Virus record (IMG/VR): IMGVR_UViG_3300033074_001499
Location: 1-64,000 of that record
DNA from: a virus
Taxonomy: Duplodnaviria > Caudoviricetes
Length of the DNA stretch: 64,000 nucleotides
Direction: 5' to 3' (one strand)
The translations under genes were made by a program, and so were the position numbers. The stretch's first letter is position 1; every line of letters begins with the position of its first letter. Below, in pieces: positions 9,856 to 20,220 of the stretch. The notes under the pieces were generated by a model, which worked only from the letters and a program-made list of their open reading frames with translations, made no database searches and had not been told where the DNA came from.

Positions 9856-10743
9856 ATGCTAATTCAAAAGAACAGGAAGTATGAACTAATCATTGGAGAT
9901 TATAAAACAGAGGATGGTTTGTTTATTGATAACCTCCAAGTTTCTTTTGATATTAGCAAATCCTCTGATAATAAAAGTAAAACAAATTCTGCTGCAATTG
10001 AAATTTACAATCTTTCCGATGCAAGTCTGAAGATTCTTCAAACAGACTATCCTGCTGCTGTATTCAGTGCTGGTTATGCTGATATTGGAATTAAAAGATT
10101 ATTTGCTGGGCAAGTCACATTAGTAACCACTCGTAAGTCAGGAACAGACAGAATCACTCAACTCCAAATGGGAAGTGGATATACAGATTTAAATCACAAA
10201 TTAATGAACAGTCTTGTGGCTCCGGGAAGAACGTTAAAAGATGTTATGGAAGATATTAGGACTGCTATTCCTGGCGTGGCTCGTGGCGTCTACAACGGAA
10301 CTAATATCAATAATCCTATACTTTATGGTTATCCTTTAACGGGAACACCTAAAGAAATGCTAAATGAACTTTCACAAAAATATCAACTTGAATGGCAACT
10401 AGAAGATGATGTTTTGTATGTTCATGATAAAGAAAGAGCTAATCGTGAAAACTTCGATTCAGCTTATGTAATTTCTGGTGAAACTGGTCTGATTGAATCT
10501 GCCTACTATACGAACGGTGATATTAGGCGTTCAAAGAAAGATAAAATAAAGAAACAATCTGTTCAGTGGAAAATGCTGTTGAATCCAGACATTCAGGCTG
10601 GAGATATTGTGAAGCTAGAAGATACATTAATTCAAGGATGGTACAAAATTACAGACATTCGTCATAACGGTTCTTGGCGAGAAACCCCTTGGTTCACTGA
10701 ATGTAAGGCAACAGCTATTGAAAAGGTAATTAGAAATGTCTGA
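9856..10743 (+). CDS. Baseplate hub protein
   Basis: 295 aa; FDISKS..NSAAIEIYNLS and AGY motifs. Confidence 0.7.
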   Translation: MLIQKNRKYELIIGDYKTEDGLFIDNLQVSFDISKSSDNKSKTNSAAIEIYNLSDASLKILQTDYPAAVFSAGYADIGIKRLFAGQVTLVTTRKSGTDRITQLQMGSGYTDLNHKLMNSLVAPGRTLKDVMEDIRTAIPGVARGVYNGTNINNPILYGYPLTGTPKEMLNELSQKYQLEWQLEDDVLYVHDKERANRENFDSAYVISGETGLIESAYYTNGDIRRSKKDKIKKQSVQWKMLLNPDIQAGDIVKLEDTLIQGWYKITDIRHNGSWRETPWFTECKATAIEKVIRNV

Positions 10744-11515
10744 TATTCTTCAACCTTTATTTGAAGCTGTAAAAGAAACGACCAAATCAGAAATTTACAC
10801 AGCTATTCCTTGTATTGTTGTAGCATCTGAAAAAGATGGTGCTGATATGATGGTGAGTATTCAACCAACTGTCAATAAGAAAATGGAAGATGGGACAGTA
10901 TCTGAATACCCTACTATTCAAGGTGTACCTGTTCAGTTTCCAACCTCTGACTCTGGTGGAATGACCTTTCCAATCAATGTTGGGAAAACTACAGGATTAG
11001 CTATTTTTTCCATGAGAAGTATTGAAGCTTGGAAAAATGGAAATGGCAGACCATCCGCCCCAACTAATTTTGCAAAACTTGACAAATCTGATGCTATTTT
11101 TATTCCCGGGATTATGCCACAAGGGAATTCTGTAAACAATCCTGCCAAGCATATATATGAACACTCAACAAAAGATGTTGTGATGTTCAACAATCTTGGT
11201 AAGGGAATTGAAGTAGAAGTTAGACTGAAACAAGATGGCAGTATTGCTATTAATGCTAGTAATCAAACTGTGGAGGTTAATTGTGGGGATGCAACTGTAA
11301 ATGCGCAGTCTTCTGTGAATATTAATTCACCACAAATGACAATTGATGTTGGAAATACTCTTTGGATTGGAGATATTCAGTTGCAAGGGAATCTTGTTCA
11401 AACTGGTAATTACACACTATCTGGTGTTGCAACATTTAACGGTATTCCTTTCAATACTCACAAACACACAGGTGTTCAAACCGGTCCCGGAACTTCAGGA
11501 GGGCCTGTAGCATAA
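10736..11515 (+). CDS. Baseplate central spike
   Basis: VPVQFP..GGMTFPI; C-terminal HKHTGV (HxH metal-binding tip). Confidence 0.8.
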   Translation: MSDILQPLFEAVKETTKSEIYTAIPCIVVASEKDGADMMVSIQPTVNKKMEDGTVSEYPTIQGVPVQFPTSDSGGMTFPINVGKTTGLAIFSMRSIEAWKNGNGRPSAPTNFAKLDKSDAIFIPGIMPQGNSVNNPAKHIYEHSTKDVVMFNNLGKGIEVEVRLKQDGSIAINASNQTVEVNCGDATVNAQSSVNINSPQMTIDVGNTLWIGDIQLQGNLVQTGNYTLSGVATFNGIPFNTHKHTGVQTGPGTSGGPVA

Positions 11516-11904
11516 TGGATTTTCTATTAGAAACAAATCCGATTTCTCCAAATAACCACGACATCATTTGGAATAATGGACCACTGACAAAAGAATATGT
11601 GACTAAACCTTTCACAGAAACAGTAGCTCAACGGTTGAAAATCAGACTTTTGACTTTCCAAGAAGAATGGTTTTTAGACACAACATACGGCGTCCCATAT
11701 TTTCAAAGAATTCTTGGTAAGAAAAAAGTAACTAAATCCTCCATTGATCTTATTTTCCAAGAGCAAATTCTTCTTGAGCCCGGAGTAAAAGAAATTGTGT
11801 CTTTTAATTCTACTTTCTCTAATCGCCAATACTCCATGACTTTCCAAGTAAGAGTTACTACAGGTGAAGTTACAACACCTATTAATATTTCACCAATCAA
11901 TTAA
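11515..11904 (+). CDS. Baseplate wedge protein (gp25-like)
   Basis: VAQRLKIRLLTFQEEWFLDTTYGVPY motif. Confidence 0.7.
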   Translation: MDFLLETNPISPNNHDIIWNNGPLTKEYVTKPFTETVAQRLKIRLLTFQEEWFLDTTYGVPYFQRILGKKKVTKSSIDLIFQEQILLEPGVKEIVSFNSTFSNRQYSMTFQVRVTTGEVTTPINISPIN

Positions 11905-11915
11905 GGATTTTTAAT

Positions 11916-13361
11916 ATGGCGTATGGCGTAACAGAACAAGGTTTCGTTATTAAACGACTACCTGAAATTCTTACTGATGACAGAGCCCAAGCTGTCACTA
12001 TCATGCAAGACTTAGTTGAGCCTGGAGATGTTGTAGATACAACAGATAGTTCAGCACTAGGTAGATTAATTTCCCTCAAGGCACCCTCAATTACTTCTTT
12101 ATGGGAGGCTGCCCAACAAGTATATTCTGCATTTGATCCAAATTCTGCAACAGGTATTGCACTAGATAATCTCGTAGCTTATGCTGGTTTGACGAGAGAA
12201 GAACAAACCTATTCTACTGCTTCAATGGCTCTTTATGGAGACAATAACACTCTTATTCCTATTGGCAGTGTTATTAGAAGCGACTCAAATAACCGCTTTG
12301 CTCTTGTTGCTCCGGTAGCTCTTTCAGCTTCGTCTGCTTTTGGTATCACTATTTCAATCAACAGTGTAACCAATAACACACTCTATTCTGTAAGTTATAG
12401 TAATAACACCACCACATCTACTATTAACTATACATCAGATAATTCAGCAACTCTAAGTGAAATTCTGAGTGGACTTAAGTCTGCAATAGATTCAGCCCAC
12501 CCTACATTTACATCAATTGTTATTGGAAATACCCTTGAAATTGAAAAGGTCGACAAGTTTCAATCTGTTTCTTTCTCTGTAACTTCTAATATTGCCATAT
12601 CAAAAGTTGCTGTGATTGGTCAAGCTCAGGCGGAACTTCACGGACCAGTTGTTCAACAAGCCAATACAATTAATTCAATTGTCACTGCGGTGCTTGGCTG
12701 GGATTCAGCGACCAACCCTGCTGCTGCTGTTACAGGTAAGAACAGAGAAACAGATGTTGAATTACGTGAAAGATTTAGAGTTTCTAAATTTGACAGGGGG
12801 ACTAACAGTTTAGATGCGATTTACTCTGCTTTGGTTGGTGTGAGTGGGGTAGAAGAAGTTGTAGTCTATGAAAATGATTCAGACTCCACTGATTCCAATG
12901 GACTACCTCCACAGAGTTTTAAAGCAATTGTTTTAGGCGGAAATGCAATCGATATTGCAAACGCTATTTGGCAAAACAAACCTGCTGGAATTGAAAGTGT
13001 TGGCAACACTTCTGGTACAATCACAGATGCTCAAGGTTTTCCTCGTGTGGTTAAATATCAAACTCCTTCTCCTACGGTTATTTATGTTTCCATGAACTTA
13101 ACAACTGATGGGAATTTTCCAGCAAATGGTCAAGATCAGATTAAATCTTCACTAACATCATATTTCAGTAATAATTTTGGAATTGGAGATGATGTTATCT
13201 ATTCTAGACTATATACGCCAATTAACTCTATTCCGGGTCACCAAGTGAATTCTCTGACAATAGGAACTTCCGCTGCTCCGGTAGGAACTTCTAATATTCC
13301 AATTGCCTTTGATCAGATTGCCAGTCTTAGTGATATCAATATAGTAATTACCACAACTTAA
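11916..13361 (+). CDS. Baseplate J-like wedge protein
   Basis: YGVTEQGF N-terminus; GKNRETDVELRER and LVGVSGVEEVVVYEND motifs. Confidence 0.85.
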   Translation: MAYGVTEQGFVIKRLPEILTDDRAQAVTIMQDLVEPGDVVDTTDSSALGRLISLKAPSITSLWEAAQQVYSAFDPNSATGIALDNLVAYAGLTREEQTYSTASMALYGDNNTLIPIGSVIRSDSNNRFALVAPVALSASSAFGITISINSVTNNTLYSVSYSNNTTTSTINYTSDNSATLSEILSGLKSAIDSAHPTFTSIVIGNTLEIEKVDKFQSVSFSVTSNIAISKVAVIGQAQAELHGPVVQQANTINSIVTAVLGWDSATNPAAAVTGKNRETDVELRERFRVSKFDRGTNSLDAIYSALVGVSGVEEVVVYENDSDSTDSNGLPPQSFKAIVLGGNAIDIANAIWQNKPAGIESVGNTSGTITDAQGFPRVVKYQTPSPTVIYVSMNLTTDGNFPANGQDQIKSSLTSYFSNNFGIGDDVIYSRLYTPINSIPGHQVNSLTIGTSAAPVGTSNIPIAFDQIASLSDINIVITTT

Positions 13362-13373
13362 GAGGAATTAAAT

Positions 13374-14168
13374 ATGGCTGTAAATCCTTTTGAGATTGAA
13401 AAGTTTCTAGAAGAAGCAAGGGATAGAGTAACTGAACAATTTAAAGATAAAGATATTTTTGACAGATATCTTCAGATTCTTTTGTACGACTCTCTTGAGC
13501 TGCAAGAAGTTTTTAGACAACTGATGCAAGAGCGATCAATTGACACTGCTGTTGGTAAACAGCTTGATATCATTGGTGAAATTGTTGGTCAACCAAGAGA
13601 TTTAATTGACACAAGTCTCCTTCAATATTTTGCTTTTGATGGCTATTTAAACGCAGAGAGTTTTGGAGATTTGAACAACACATCTCTCGGAGGCATTTAT
13701 TATAGTCTAGGTGATCCTTTAAGCGGAAACACACTTTTAAATGACGAACAATATAGACTTTTCATTAAAGCTAAAATCATAAAAAACACTAGTAATGTGA
13801 CGCCTAATCAATTGCTTGATTTTTTAAAATTTGTGTTTAATTCTCCATACAACAGCATTACAGAACTAGGTAATGCTAAAATGATTTTGCTTGTTGGAAA
13901 ACCTTTAAGTAATTTTGAAAAAATCTTACTGACATACCAATCCATTTCATCTGGCTATCCTTCAAGATTTATACCAAAACCGATAGGTGTAGGTGTAGAG
14001 TTTGGACAATTTGATTACGAAAACTATTTTGGGTTCCAAGGATCACCTAACGCTAAAGGGTATGGTGATTTACAAATTATTTCTGCTTATGGTTATAACT
14101 ATGGGGCAGATTATGGACAAAGTATTGGTAGTTTGGTCGGTGGTGGTAAATTTGCAGAACTTCTATGA
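13374..14168 (+). CDS. Baseplate wedge protein (tail fibre attachment)
   Basis: IDTAVGKQLDIIGEIVGQPR and LNDEQYRLFIKAKI motifs. Confidence 0.75.
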   Translation: MAVNPFEIEKFLEEARDRVTEQFKDKDIFDRYLQILLYDSLELQEVFRQLMQERSIDTAVGKQLDIIGEIVGQPRDLIDTSLLQYFAFDGYLNAESFGDLNNTSLGGIYYSLGDPLSGNTLLNDEQYRLFIKAKIIKNTSNVTPNQLLDFLKFVFNSPYNSITELGNAKMILLVGKPLSNFEKILLTYQSISSGYPSRFIPKPIGVGVEFGQFDYENYFGFQGSPNAKGYGDLQIISAYGYNYGADYGQSIGSLVGGGKFAELL

Positions 14169-14184
14169 TGAGGAAAAATAAATA

Positions 14185-15405
14185 ATGGCGCTAATTTCTA
14201 AACCAGATTACACTTATATTTGGTCAAGCGGTGGTAGTAAAATATCTCCCACAAATACAAAAATTCAAATAGGTTGGACTGCTGAAGTCCCTCCTTTTCA
14301 ATATGAGAACTGGATTCAAAATCGCCAAGATCAAGCAATTGCTCATATTTTTCAAAGGGGTATCGCACAGTGGGACGGGCTGACTAATTATGAAGCTAAT
14401 GTTTGTTATGTGACAGGTACAGATGGTCTTGTCTATAAATCAGTAGCAGCATCAGGCCCAGCAACCACTAGTCAAGACCCTGTTACCGATTCAACTAACA
14501 CCTATTGGACTGTTGCATTTGCTGTACCAGGCGCGTTTTTGACTGAATCTGATGGTGATAACAGGTATCTACAGAAGTCAAATAACTTACAAGATTTACC
14601 TAACATAGTCACTGCCAGAACAAATCTATCTGTTTATTCCAAGGCAGAGAGTGCTGATTTGTTTTCACAAACAGGTATAGTATCTTCTTTTTCCAATTTG
14701 AAATTGAGTTCTACCGGATCGAGTGGGCTGGTTTCTGTAACGGCCGATGAGCTGGTTGTTAAAAACTCTTCAAATAATAAAACTAGGATAGTTAGAAACA
14801 TAAATCTTAGTGCCAGTATTGCTGTTTCTGGTCTCGGAGGAATTGACACAGGTGTAGTTTCTTCCAACACTTGGTATGCTATTTGGGTGGTTTATAATGA
14901 TACAACAAGTACAGCAGGTGTAATTTTGTCTCTGGAATCAACAAATCCCACCCTTCCATCCGGATTTGCATTTAAAGCAAGAGTTGGGTGGATTAGGACT
15001 GACTCTACAGCTAATAAATTTCCTTTAAGATTTTACCAAAAAGGGAAAAAAGTAAGGTATTCTGTCGCCGCTGGGACTAACGTTACAACACCTAGAGAAA
15101 TTGCTGCCGGAACCACAGGTGGTCAGTCTACCTATGTATCTGTTGATCTTTCTACGTTTGTCCCATCCACAGCTGTCGCCGTTACAGTTTCTGTAAGGGC
15201 ATCGAGCGTGGCAAGTACAGCCACCTTGGCCCCTTCCGCAGGTTACACTTCTTCAAACGCCCCGCTAGTTGCTTCAAGTTCTGGTGGAGGTGTGCTTGTA
15301 GCCCCGAACGGGGAAATTGTTTTGGAATCTGGACCAACTATTTTTTACTCCAGCGACCAGGCCGGCACGTCTGCACAAATTTACGGATGGGAAGATTCCA
15401 TTTAA
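14185..15405 (+). CDS. Tail fibre protein
   Basis: Conserved N-terminus (GWTAEVPPFQYENWIQ); Ser/Thr/Gly-rich beta-type C-terminus. Confidence 0.75.
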   Translation: MALISKPDYTYIWSSGGSKISPTNTKIQIGWTAEVPPFQYENWIQNRQDQAIAHIFQRGIAQWDGLTNYEANVCYVTGTDGLVYKSVAASGPATTSQDPVTDSTNTYWTVAFAVPGAFLTESDGDNRYLQKSNNLQDLPNIVTARTNLSVYSKAESADLFSQTGIVSSFSNLKLSSTGSSGLVSVTADELVVKNSSNNKTRIVRNINLSASIAVSGLGGIDTGVVSSNTWYAIWVVYNDTTSTAGVILSLESTNPTLPSGFAFKARVGWIRTDSTANKFPLRFYQKGKKVRYSVAAGTNVTTPREIAAGTTGGQSTYVSVDLSTFVPSTAVAVTVSVRASSVASTATLAPSAGYTSSNAPLVASSSGGGVLVAPNGEIVLESGPTIFYSSDQAGTSAQIYGWEDSI

Positions 15406-15432
15406 TGGAATTTTTGTATTGAGGAGCTTATC

Positions 15433-15738
15433 ATGAGTTATGCAGTAAGAAAGGACCAGAAAGGTTATAGGGCAGTGAGCGGTATTGAGGATGTTTACGA
15501 TAACGAATATTATAGTGAAGTAATTCCTGACCTTAACCCTAAAAAGACATTTGAAGAAGATTTACAAGAATTGGAAAATCAATATACAAGCGATGTTGAT
15601 AGTATTATACGAAATTTTAATATTGCCACTTTAAATAATAATGAAGAAGAAATTTCAATTTTAAAGAAGAGTTGGGGTGTTTTAAAATTAAAGTATGATG
15701 AGGATATTAAAAAATTGAAAAAATATCATAAAGTATAG
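15433..15738 (+). CDS. Tail fibre assembly/chaperone-like protein
   Basis: MSYAVRKDQKGYRAV start; directly downstream of the fibre gene. Confidence 0.5.
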   Translation: MSYAVRKDQKGYRAVSGIEDVYDNEYYSEVIPDLNPKKTFEEDLQELENQYTSDVDSIIRNFNIATLNNNEEEISILKKSWGVLKLKYDEDIKKLKKYHKV

Positions 15739-15744
15739 AATTTT

Positions 15745-16230
15745 ATGAAAATAAATTCATTTCTTGCAAAAAACCTTTCGGCTCTAGGATTGTCCTCTGC
15801 TCTTGTAATTGCAGGAGCAGGGACAGTTTCATATTACGAAGGCAAAGAGAACAAAGTGTATATTGATCCTGTTGGAATTCTAACCAGCTGTTATGGTCAC
15901 ACAGGTCCTGAACTTAAAACTGGTCAAAAATTCACTGATGAGGAATGTATTGACCAGCTCGCTGAAGACCTGTTATCTCATGATCAAGGAATGATGAAAG
16001 CTATAAAAGTCCCTCTTACAGATTATCAACATGCTGCTTTCCTTTCTTTTTGCTTCAATGTGGGAATAAAAGCTTGTACATCCTCTACAGCATTTAAATT
16101 ATTAAATGAGGGTAGATATGCTGAAGCTTGTGGACAGTTACTTCGTTGGAACAAAGCAGGCGGTAAAGTTTTACAAGGCTTGGTTAAAAGAAGAGAATCA
16201 GAGTACAAGGTTTGTACTGGTCAAATTTAA
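15745..16230 (+). CDS. Endolysin, GH24 lysozyme, probable SAR type
   Basis: Weakly hydrophobic Gly/Ala/Ser-rich N-terminus then YYEG...YIDPVGILTSCYGHT; LRWNKAGGKVLQGLVKRR. Confidence 0.9.
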   Translation: MKINSFLAKNLSALGLSSALVIAGAGTVSYYEGKENKVYIDPVGILTSCYGHTGPELKTGQKFTDEECIDQLAEDLLSHDQGMMKAIKVPLTDYQHAAFLSFCFNVGIKACTSSTAFKLLNEGRYAEACGQLLRWNKAGGKVLQGLVKRRESEYKVCTGQI

Positions 16231-16243
16231 ATAAGAGGTAATT

Positions 16244-18631
16244 ATGACACAACAGCAATCTCCTTTCATTGGTGTAAAATATGGGTGGGGTTATGGAGAA
16301 GATAATTGGAATGATGGGATGGATGAGAACCTTGTAAAATTCTCATTTATGTTTGATGGAAATGTTGACCAAATAACTAACACTCTCCCGGCTTCCCCAG
16401 CCCAAGGACATGCTTTATTTAATACAACAGATAATAAATTTTACTATTTTGTTAATTCTTTTTGGTATAATTCTCCTTGTCCAAAGAATTTTATTTTTAA
16501 GATTAAATCAACAGGAGATTTCTATCAATTTAATGGAACATCCCCTCTTAAAATTGATAACCCTTCTGAAATTGAATCCCGACTAGATTCAGTCGAGCTG
16601 ACACTATCTTCATTAGGTACAGCAGCTTTTGAAGATAGTGGTTATTTCGCAAAAGATTCTGATTTAATTGCTGCAAAAGCTGAGGCGAAAAATTATACAG
16701 ATGCTCTTAAGTCTGATTTAGCAAATACCTCCGATGTCCAAAAAGGGACTGCTCTTGTTGCCAAATCCCTTCAGAATGTAAATTCAATAGCTTCTTTAAA
16801 GACCATTCTTAAAACCTCTCCTAGTCAGATGGCTAATGTTTTGGGATATTATACACCAGGGGATGGCGGTGGTGGGATTTACTATCTAGATAGTGCTGAT
16901 ACCACAAGTTCGGACAATGGAGGAACAATAATCGTAGCAGCCGATGGAGCGCGGTGGAAACTTGTTAATGATGGTAAAATTAGTCTTGCTCAATTTGGAG
17001 CAAAAGGCGATGGCGTATCAAACGACGGGCCGGCTATTACCTCTGCTGTTTCTGCTTTAAGTGGTCTCCCGATTTACGTTACTCGGACTCCTGCCGGTGG
17101 GCAGTACGCAATCACATCAGGTTCAGTAGATTTATCTGGCGTAATTTTTATTTACGAGCCTGGAACTCGCGTCTTTGCACAAGGTGGCGTCATCACCAAT
17201 CAGCCAAATTTCTACTCTCTTTTTGCGGGCAATAACAATAGCGCAGGCCGCACCAGCAGGTCCCATGGCTCTATTCAGGAGCTGAGAGATGTGTTGACCG
17301 GTATTGCATATGGTTCTGGCGCTGACACATACGCAATAAACCGCATACGCATTTATAACGACAGGCTCGACGCGGTGAGCGATCCTGCATCCGGGACAAA
17401 AGTAGATGGTCTGCTTGTTCATCAGAGCTTTGGCGGCAGCGGAACAAAGGGCGGACGGCATTCTATTGAGGGCATCCTAGATCAGACCGGGACAACCGAT
17501 TCGGACAACACGGACCGAAACTATGCGGCAGTCGTGGGTCTCGCTAGAACATCTACAGGAGATGGTGGGGCTCTTGGTGATGAGAAAGGGGCTTATTTTG
17601 GCGGCAACTTCTACGGCTCTCTGACCAATGGGGCGATGAACTGCTACAACGTAACCGCCTGTGAGTTCAACGTGGCAATTAGCTCAGGAGCATCTGCTAA
17701 ATATCGCTCTGGAATTCAAGTTGTTGGCGGCGGCGCCAGTCGTGGAACTGAAACTGATGCAGCGATATCAGTGTCGAACCTAGGGGGAGCGTCGGCTTTT
17801 TGGAAAGACGGGATTTTATTTGGCCGACAAAATGGACAGCCCTGTTTCAATTCAACCAGCAACGTAATCACAGTGAATCAGGAAACACTTGATCGGGTCA
17901 TTAACCTGGAAACAGTTGGCACTGTAAACCATCTGATCTATCACCCCACAGTCAAGATGACGCCGAGCTTCCTCGATATCACCGCTCAAAGCCCAAGTGT
18001 ACGACTGGGAGCAAGCGGTGTTGCGAACACTCCATTTATTCGATTCAGAAGTGGGGCAACCACTGCTCCAGGTTATGACACGCAAATGCTGGCATCTGGC
18101 GGAACTGGCTCGGACGGAGCTGGTACGCTAACATTAACTGGCTCAACAGTTGCTGTTAGCGGAATTATTCGGCCAACTGTGGACAACACTTCTTCATTAG
18201 GAACTACTTCGTTCAGATTCTCAGTTGTATATGCTGGAACTGGCACCATCAACACTTCCGACCTGCACGAAAAACAAGACATCCGCGCAATAAGCGAAGC
18301 GGAGGCTCGCGTTGCTGCCAAGCTTAAAACTCTAATCAAAGCGTTTCGCTTCCGAGATGCGGTTAAGCAAAAAGGGGATGATGCGCGCATTCATTTTGGC
18401 GTGATTGCCCAGGAAGTTAAAGACGCCTTTGAAAAAGAAGGATTAGACCCCTTCCGCTATGCTCTTCTTTGCCGTGATGAATGGGAGGCCTGCGAAGAGG
18501 TGGCGGTTAATGAGTACGATGAAGAAGGGAATGTGACAGGGTCGTCAGTAGCTCAACCTGCGCGAGAAGCTGGAAGTCGTTACGGAATTCGATATGACGA
18601 GCTTATGGCTTTCATAATTAGCTCGCTTTGA
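16244..18631 (+). CDS. Tailspike/second receptor-binding protein with C-terminal Peptidase_S74 chaperone
   Basis: GYYTPGDGGGG head domain, FGAKGDGVSND beta-helix start, SDLHEK...HFGVIAQEV...YGIRYDEL chaperone domain; elevated GC. Confidence 0.85.
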   Translation: MTQQQSPFIGVKYGWGYGEDNWNDGMDENLVKFSFMFDGNVDQITNTLPASPAQGHALFNTTDNKFYYFVNSFWYNSPCPKNFIFKIKSTGDFYQFNGTSPLKIDNPSEIESRLDSVELTLSSLGTAAFEDSGYFAKDSDLIAAKAEAKNYTDALKSDLANTSDVQKGTALVAKSLQNVNSIASLKTILKTSPSQMANVLGYYTPGDGGGGIYYLDSADTTSSDNGGTIIVAADGARWKLVNDGKISLAQFGAKGDGVSNDGPAITSAVSALSGLPIYVTRTPAGGQYAITSGSVDLSGVIFIYEPGTRVFAQGGVITNQPNFYSLFAGNNNSAGRTSRSHGSIQELRDVLTGIAYGSGADTYAINRIRIYNDRLDAVSDPASGTKVDGLLVHQSFGGSGTKGGRHSIEGILDQTGTTDSDNTDRNYAAVVGLARTSTGDGGALGDEKGAYFGGNFYGSLTNGAMNCYNVTACEFNVAISSGASAKYRSGIQVVGGGASRGTETDAAISVSNLGGASAFWKDGILFGRQNGQPCFNSTSNVITVNQETLDRVINLETVGTVNHLIYHPTVKMTPSFLDITAQSPSVRLGASGVANTPFIRFRSGATTAPGYDTQMLASGGTGSDGAGTLTLTGSTVAVSGIIRPTVDNTSSLGTTSFRFSVVYAGTGTINTSDLHEKQDIRAISEAEARVAAKLKTLIKAFRFRDAVKQKGDDARIHFGVIAQEVKDAFEKEGLDPFRYALLCRDEWEACEEVAVNEYDEEGNVTGSSVAQPAREAGSRYGIRYDELMAFIISSL

Positions 18632-18710
18632 TTCCCATAAACAACAGAGTATCGTAACAACGTACTTGAGATAGCACACAACATCTAAGATGTTGTGTGT
18701 GGAGATTTAT

Positions 18711-18962
18711 ATGAAAAAATTAGCAAAAAATTGGAAAGTAAGACTCTTAAAAAGCTATTCAAGTTACTCAATGTTAGCTAATGTCCTAGTTGCTATTTCC
18801 ATTTCTGGTCTTTCTGTGCTAGGAGTTTTATCAAACTCCCTTGCAATTCCTATTTTAACAATTGTTGCTATTTTGTTTGGCCTTTTCGGATTGATTGGGA
18901 GGGTTATTGACCAAGGCCTTGATGATTTACAAAAGGAATTAGAGCATGATAAGAATTCTTAG
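18711..18962 (+). CDS. Putative holin
   Basis: 83 aa, basic N-terminus and two hydrophobic segments; upstream of spanins; SD GGAG at 18701. Confidence 0.55.
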   Translation: MKKLAKNWKVRLLKSYSSYSMLANVLVAISISGLSVLGVLSNSLAIPILTIVAILFGLFGLIGRVIDQGLDDLQKELEHDKNS

Positions 18963-19356
18963 TGGAGCCTTGATTGTTTTAATTGTTTTGTGTTTAAGTT
19001 TTATAGGACTTTCTTACCACTTTTATAAACAAAAAGCACAACTAGTTACTCAGCTATCAACTGCCGTAGAAATCAATAAACACATGCAAGAATCCCTAGT
19101 AATTAGTGAGAAACGATGTGAAATTGATAACTCCATCAGTAAAGAATTAGTTGAAGAAAAGAAAGTAATTGTAAGTGAAGCAGAAAAGAAAATAGACAAG
19201 ATTTCCTCTCTGAACGTCACAAAACAAAAGAAAGAGGAAGTGGTGAATGAAAAGAAAGATTATGTTGATCTTGATGCTGTTTTGCCTCCAGAGCTTACAG
19301 GCTTGCTCGACGAAAGTTGTAGTGGAGCGAGAGGAAGTTCCTGTGTTTCTCCCTGA
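18946..19356 (+). CDS. Rz: Inner-membrane spanin
   Basis: N-terminal transmembrane segment then coiled-coil; overlaps a lipoprotein gene. Confidence 0.7.
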   Translation: MIRILSGALIVLIVLCLSFIGLSYHFYKQKAQLVTQLSTAVEINKHMQESLVISEKRCEIDNSISKELVEEKKVIVSEAEKKIDKISSLNVTKQKKEEVVNEKKDYVDLDAVLPPELTGLLDESCSGARGSSCVSP

Positions 19357-19534
19357 TTCGCTGCTCATTCATCCTTGTCAAGCTCAAGCCTCTGGTGACA
19401 CAGTAAGATCATTAGCTAAAGCCTATGTTAAGAATAATTCTTGCATAGAACAATACAGGCTTCTTGTAGAGAAGCAAATCAAACACAAACAAGAGACGAA
19501 GGTGTTATTCGATGGCAGAAAACACAGTAAATAA
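19247..19534 (+). CDS. Rz1: Outer-membrane lipoprotein spanin
   Basis: Signal peptide with LQAC lipobox; Pro-containing periplasmic part; overlaps the Rz 3' end. Confidence 0.7.
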   Translation: MKRKIMLILMLFCLQSLQACSTKVVVEREEVPVFLPDSLLIHPCQAQASGDTVRSLAKAYVKNNSCIEQYRLLVEKQIKHKQETKVLFDGRKHSK

Positions 19535-19811
19535 ATTATCTTCAATGTGGGAAAAACTTGCCTTGGGTGTTCTCACTCTTCTTCTTGGTCTTGTTCAGAT
19601 GCAATATACATCAGACAGGACAGAGACTCGTCGAGAAGTTGAGAAACTAAATACACAAGTGTTAGAGCTTTATCGTAGTTCTGTTACAAAACAAGAATTG
19701 AAAGAGCTTGAAGATCGCCTCACCAAGAATGTTGAAGGAATTCGTTCTGATATCAGAGGGATTCTTAATCTTTATGTGGACGAAGGTGTGCGCAGACAAG
19801 GCGGACGTTAA
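19512..19811 (+). CDS. Single-pass membrane protein, lysis-associated
   Basis: One transmembrane segment plus coiled-coil; in the lysis cassette. Confidence 0.5.
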   Translation: MAENTVNKLSSMWEKLALGVLTLLLGLVQMQYTSDRTETRREVEKLNTQVLELYRSSVTKQELKELEDRLTKNVEGIRSDIRGILNLYVDEGVRRQGGR

Positions 19812-19815
19812 TTAA

Positions 19816-20220
19816 ATGTCAGAAAAGGAAGATGGTATGTTTTTTAAAGCCCTGACAACTGTTGTCAATTTAACCTTCCTTCTTCTATCTGTCACAATTC
19901 TTATTATCCTTCTTAGGAATGAGTCTTACAGATCAGATTTAAAAAATTACGAAATAGCTCTTCAGACATTTCAAGAACAATTTCGTAAAGTGAATGATGG
20001 GAATATTCACTATTTTGAAACCAGAATAAATAGGCTGTCAGACAATCAAGACAGCTACCAAAATACAACATCTTCTAGGCTTGACATTCTAGAAGTGAAA
20101 GTGCAGAAGCTAGAGCAACAGAACAAACTAAATAACAAAATTATTAATAATAACAATTCTTCTGCTGTAATTGTGAATGGTAAACCAGAGCTTTATTCAG
20201 AGACAAAAGAACAACAATAA
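19816..20220 (+). CDS. Single-pass membrane protein
   Basis: One N-terminal transmembrane segment plus coiled-coil; last gene before the convergent terminator. Confidence 0.5.
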   Translation: MSEKEDGMFFKALTTVVNLTFLLLSVTILIILLRNESYRSDLKNYEIALQTFQEQFRKVNDGNIHYFETRINRLSDNQDSYQNTTSSRLDILEVKVQKLEQQNKLNNKIINNNNSSAVIVNGKPELYSETKEQQ

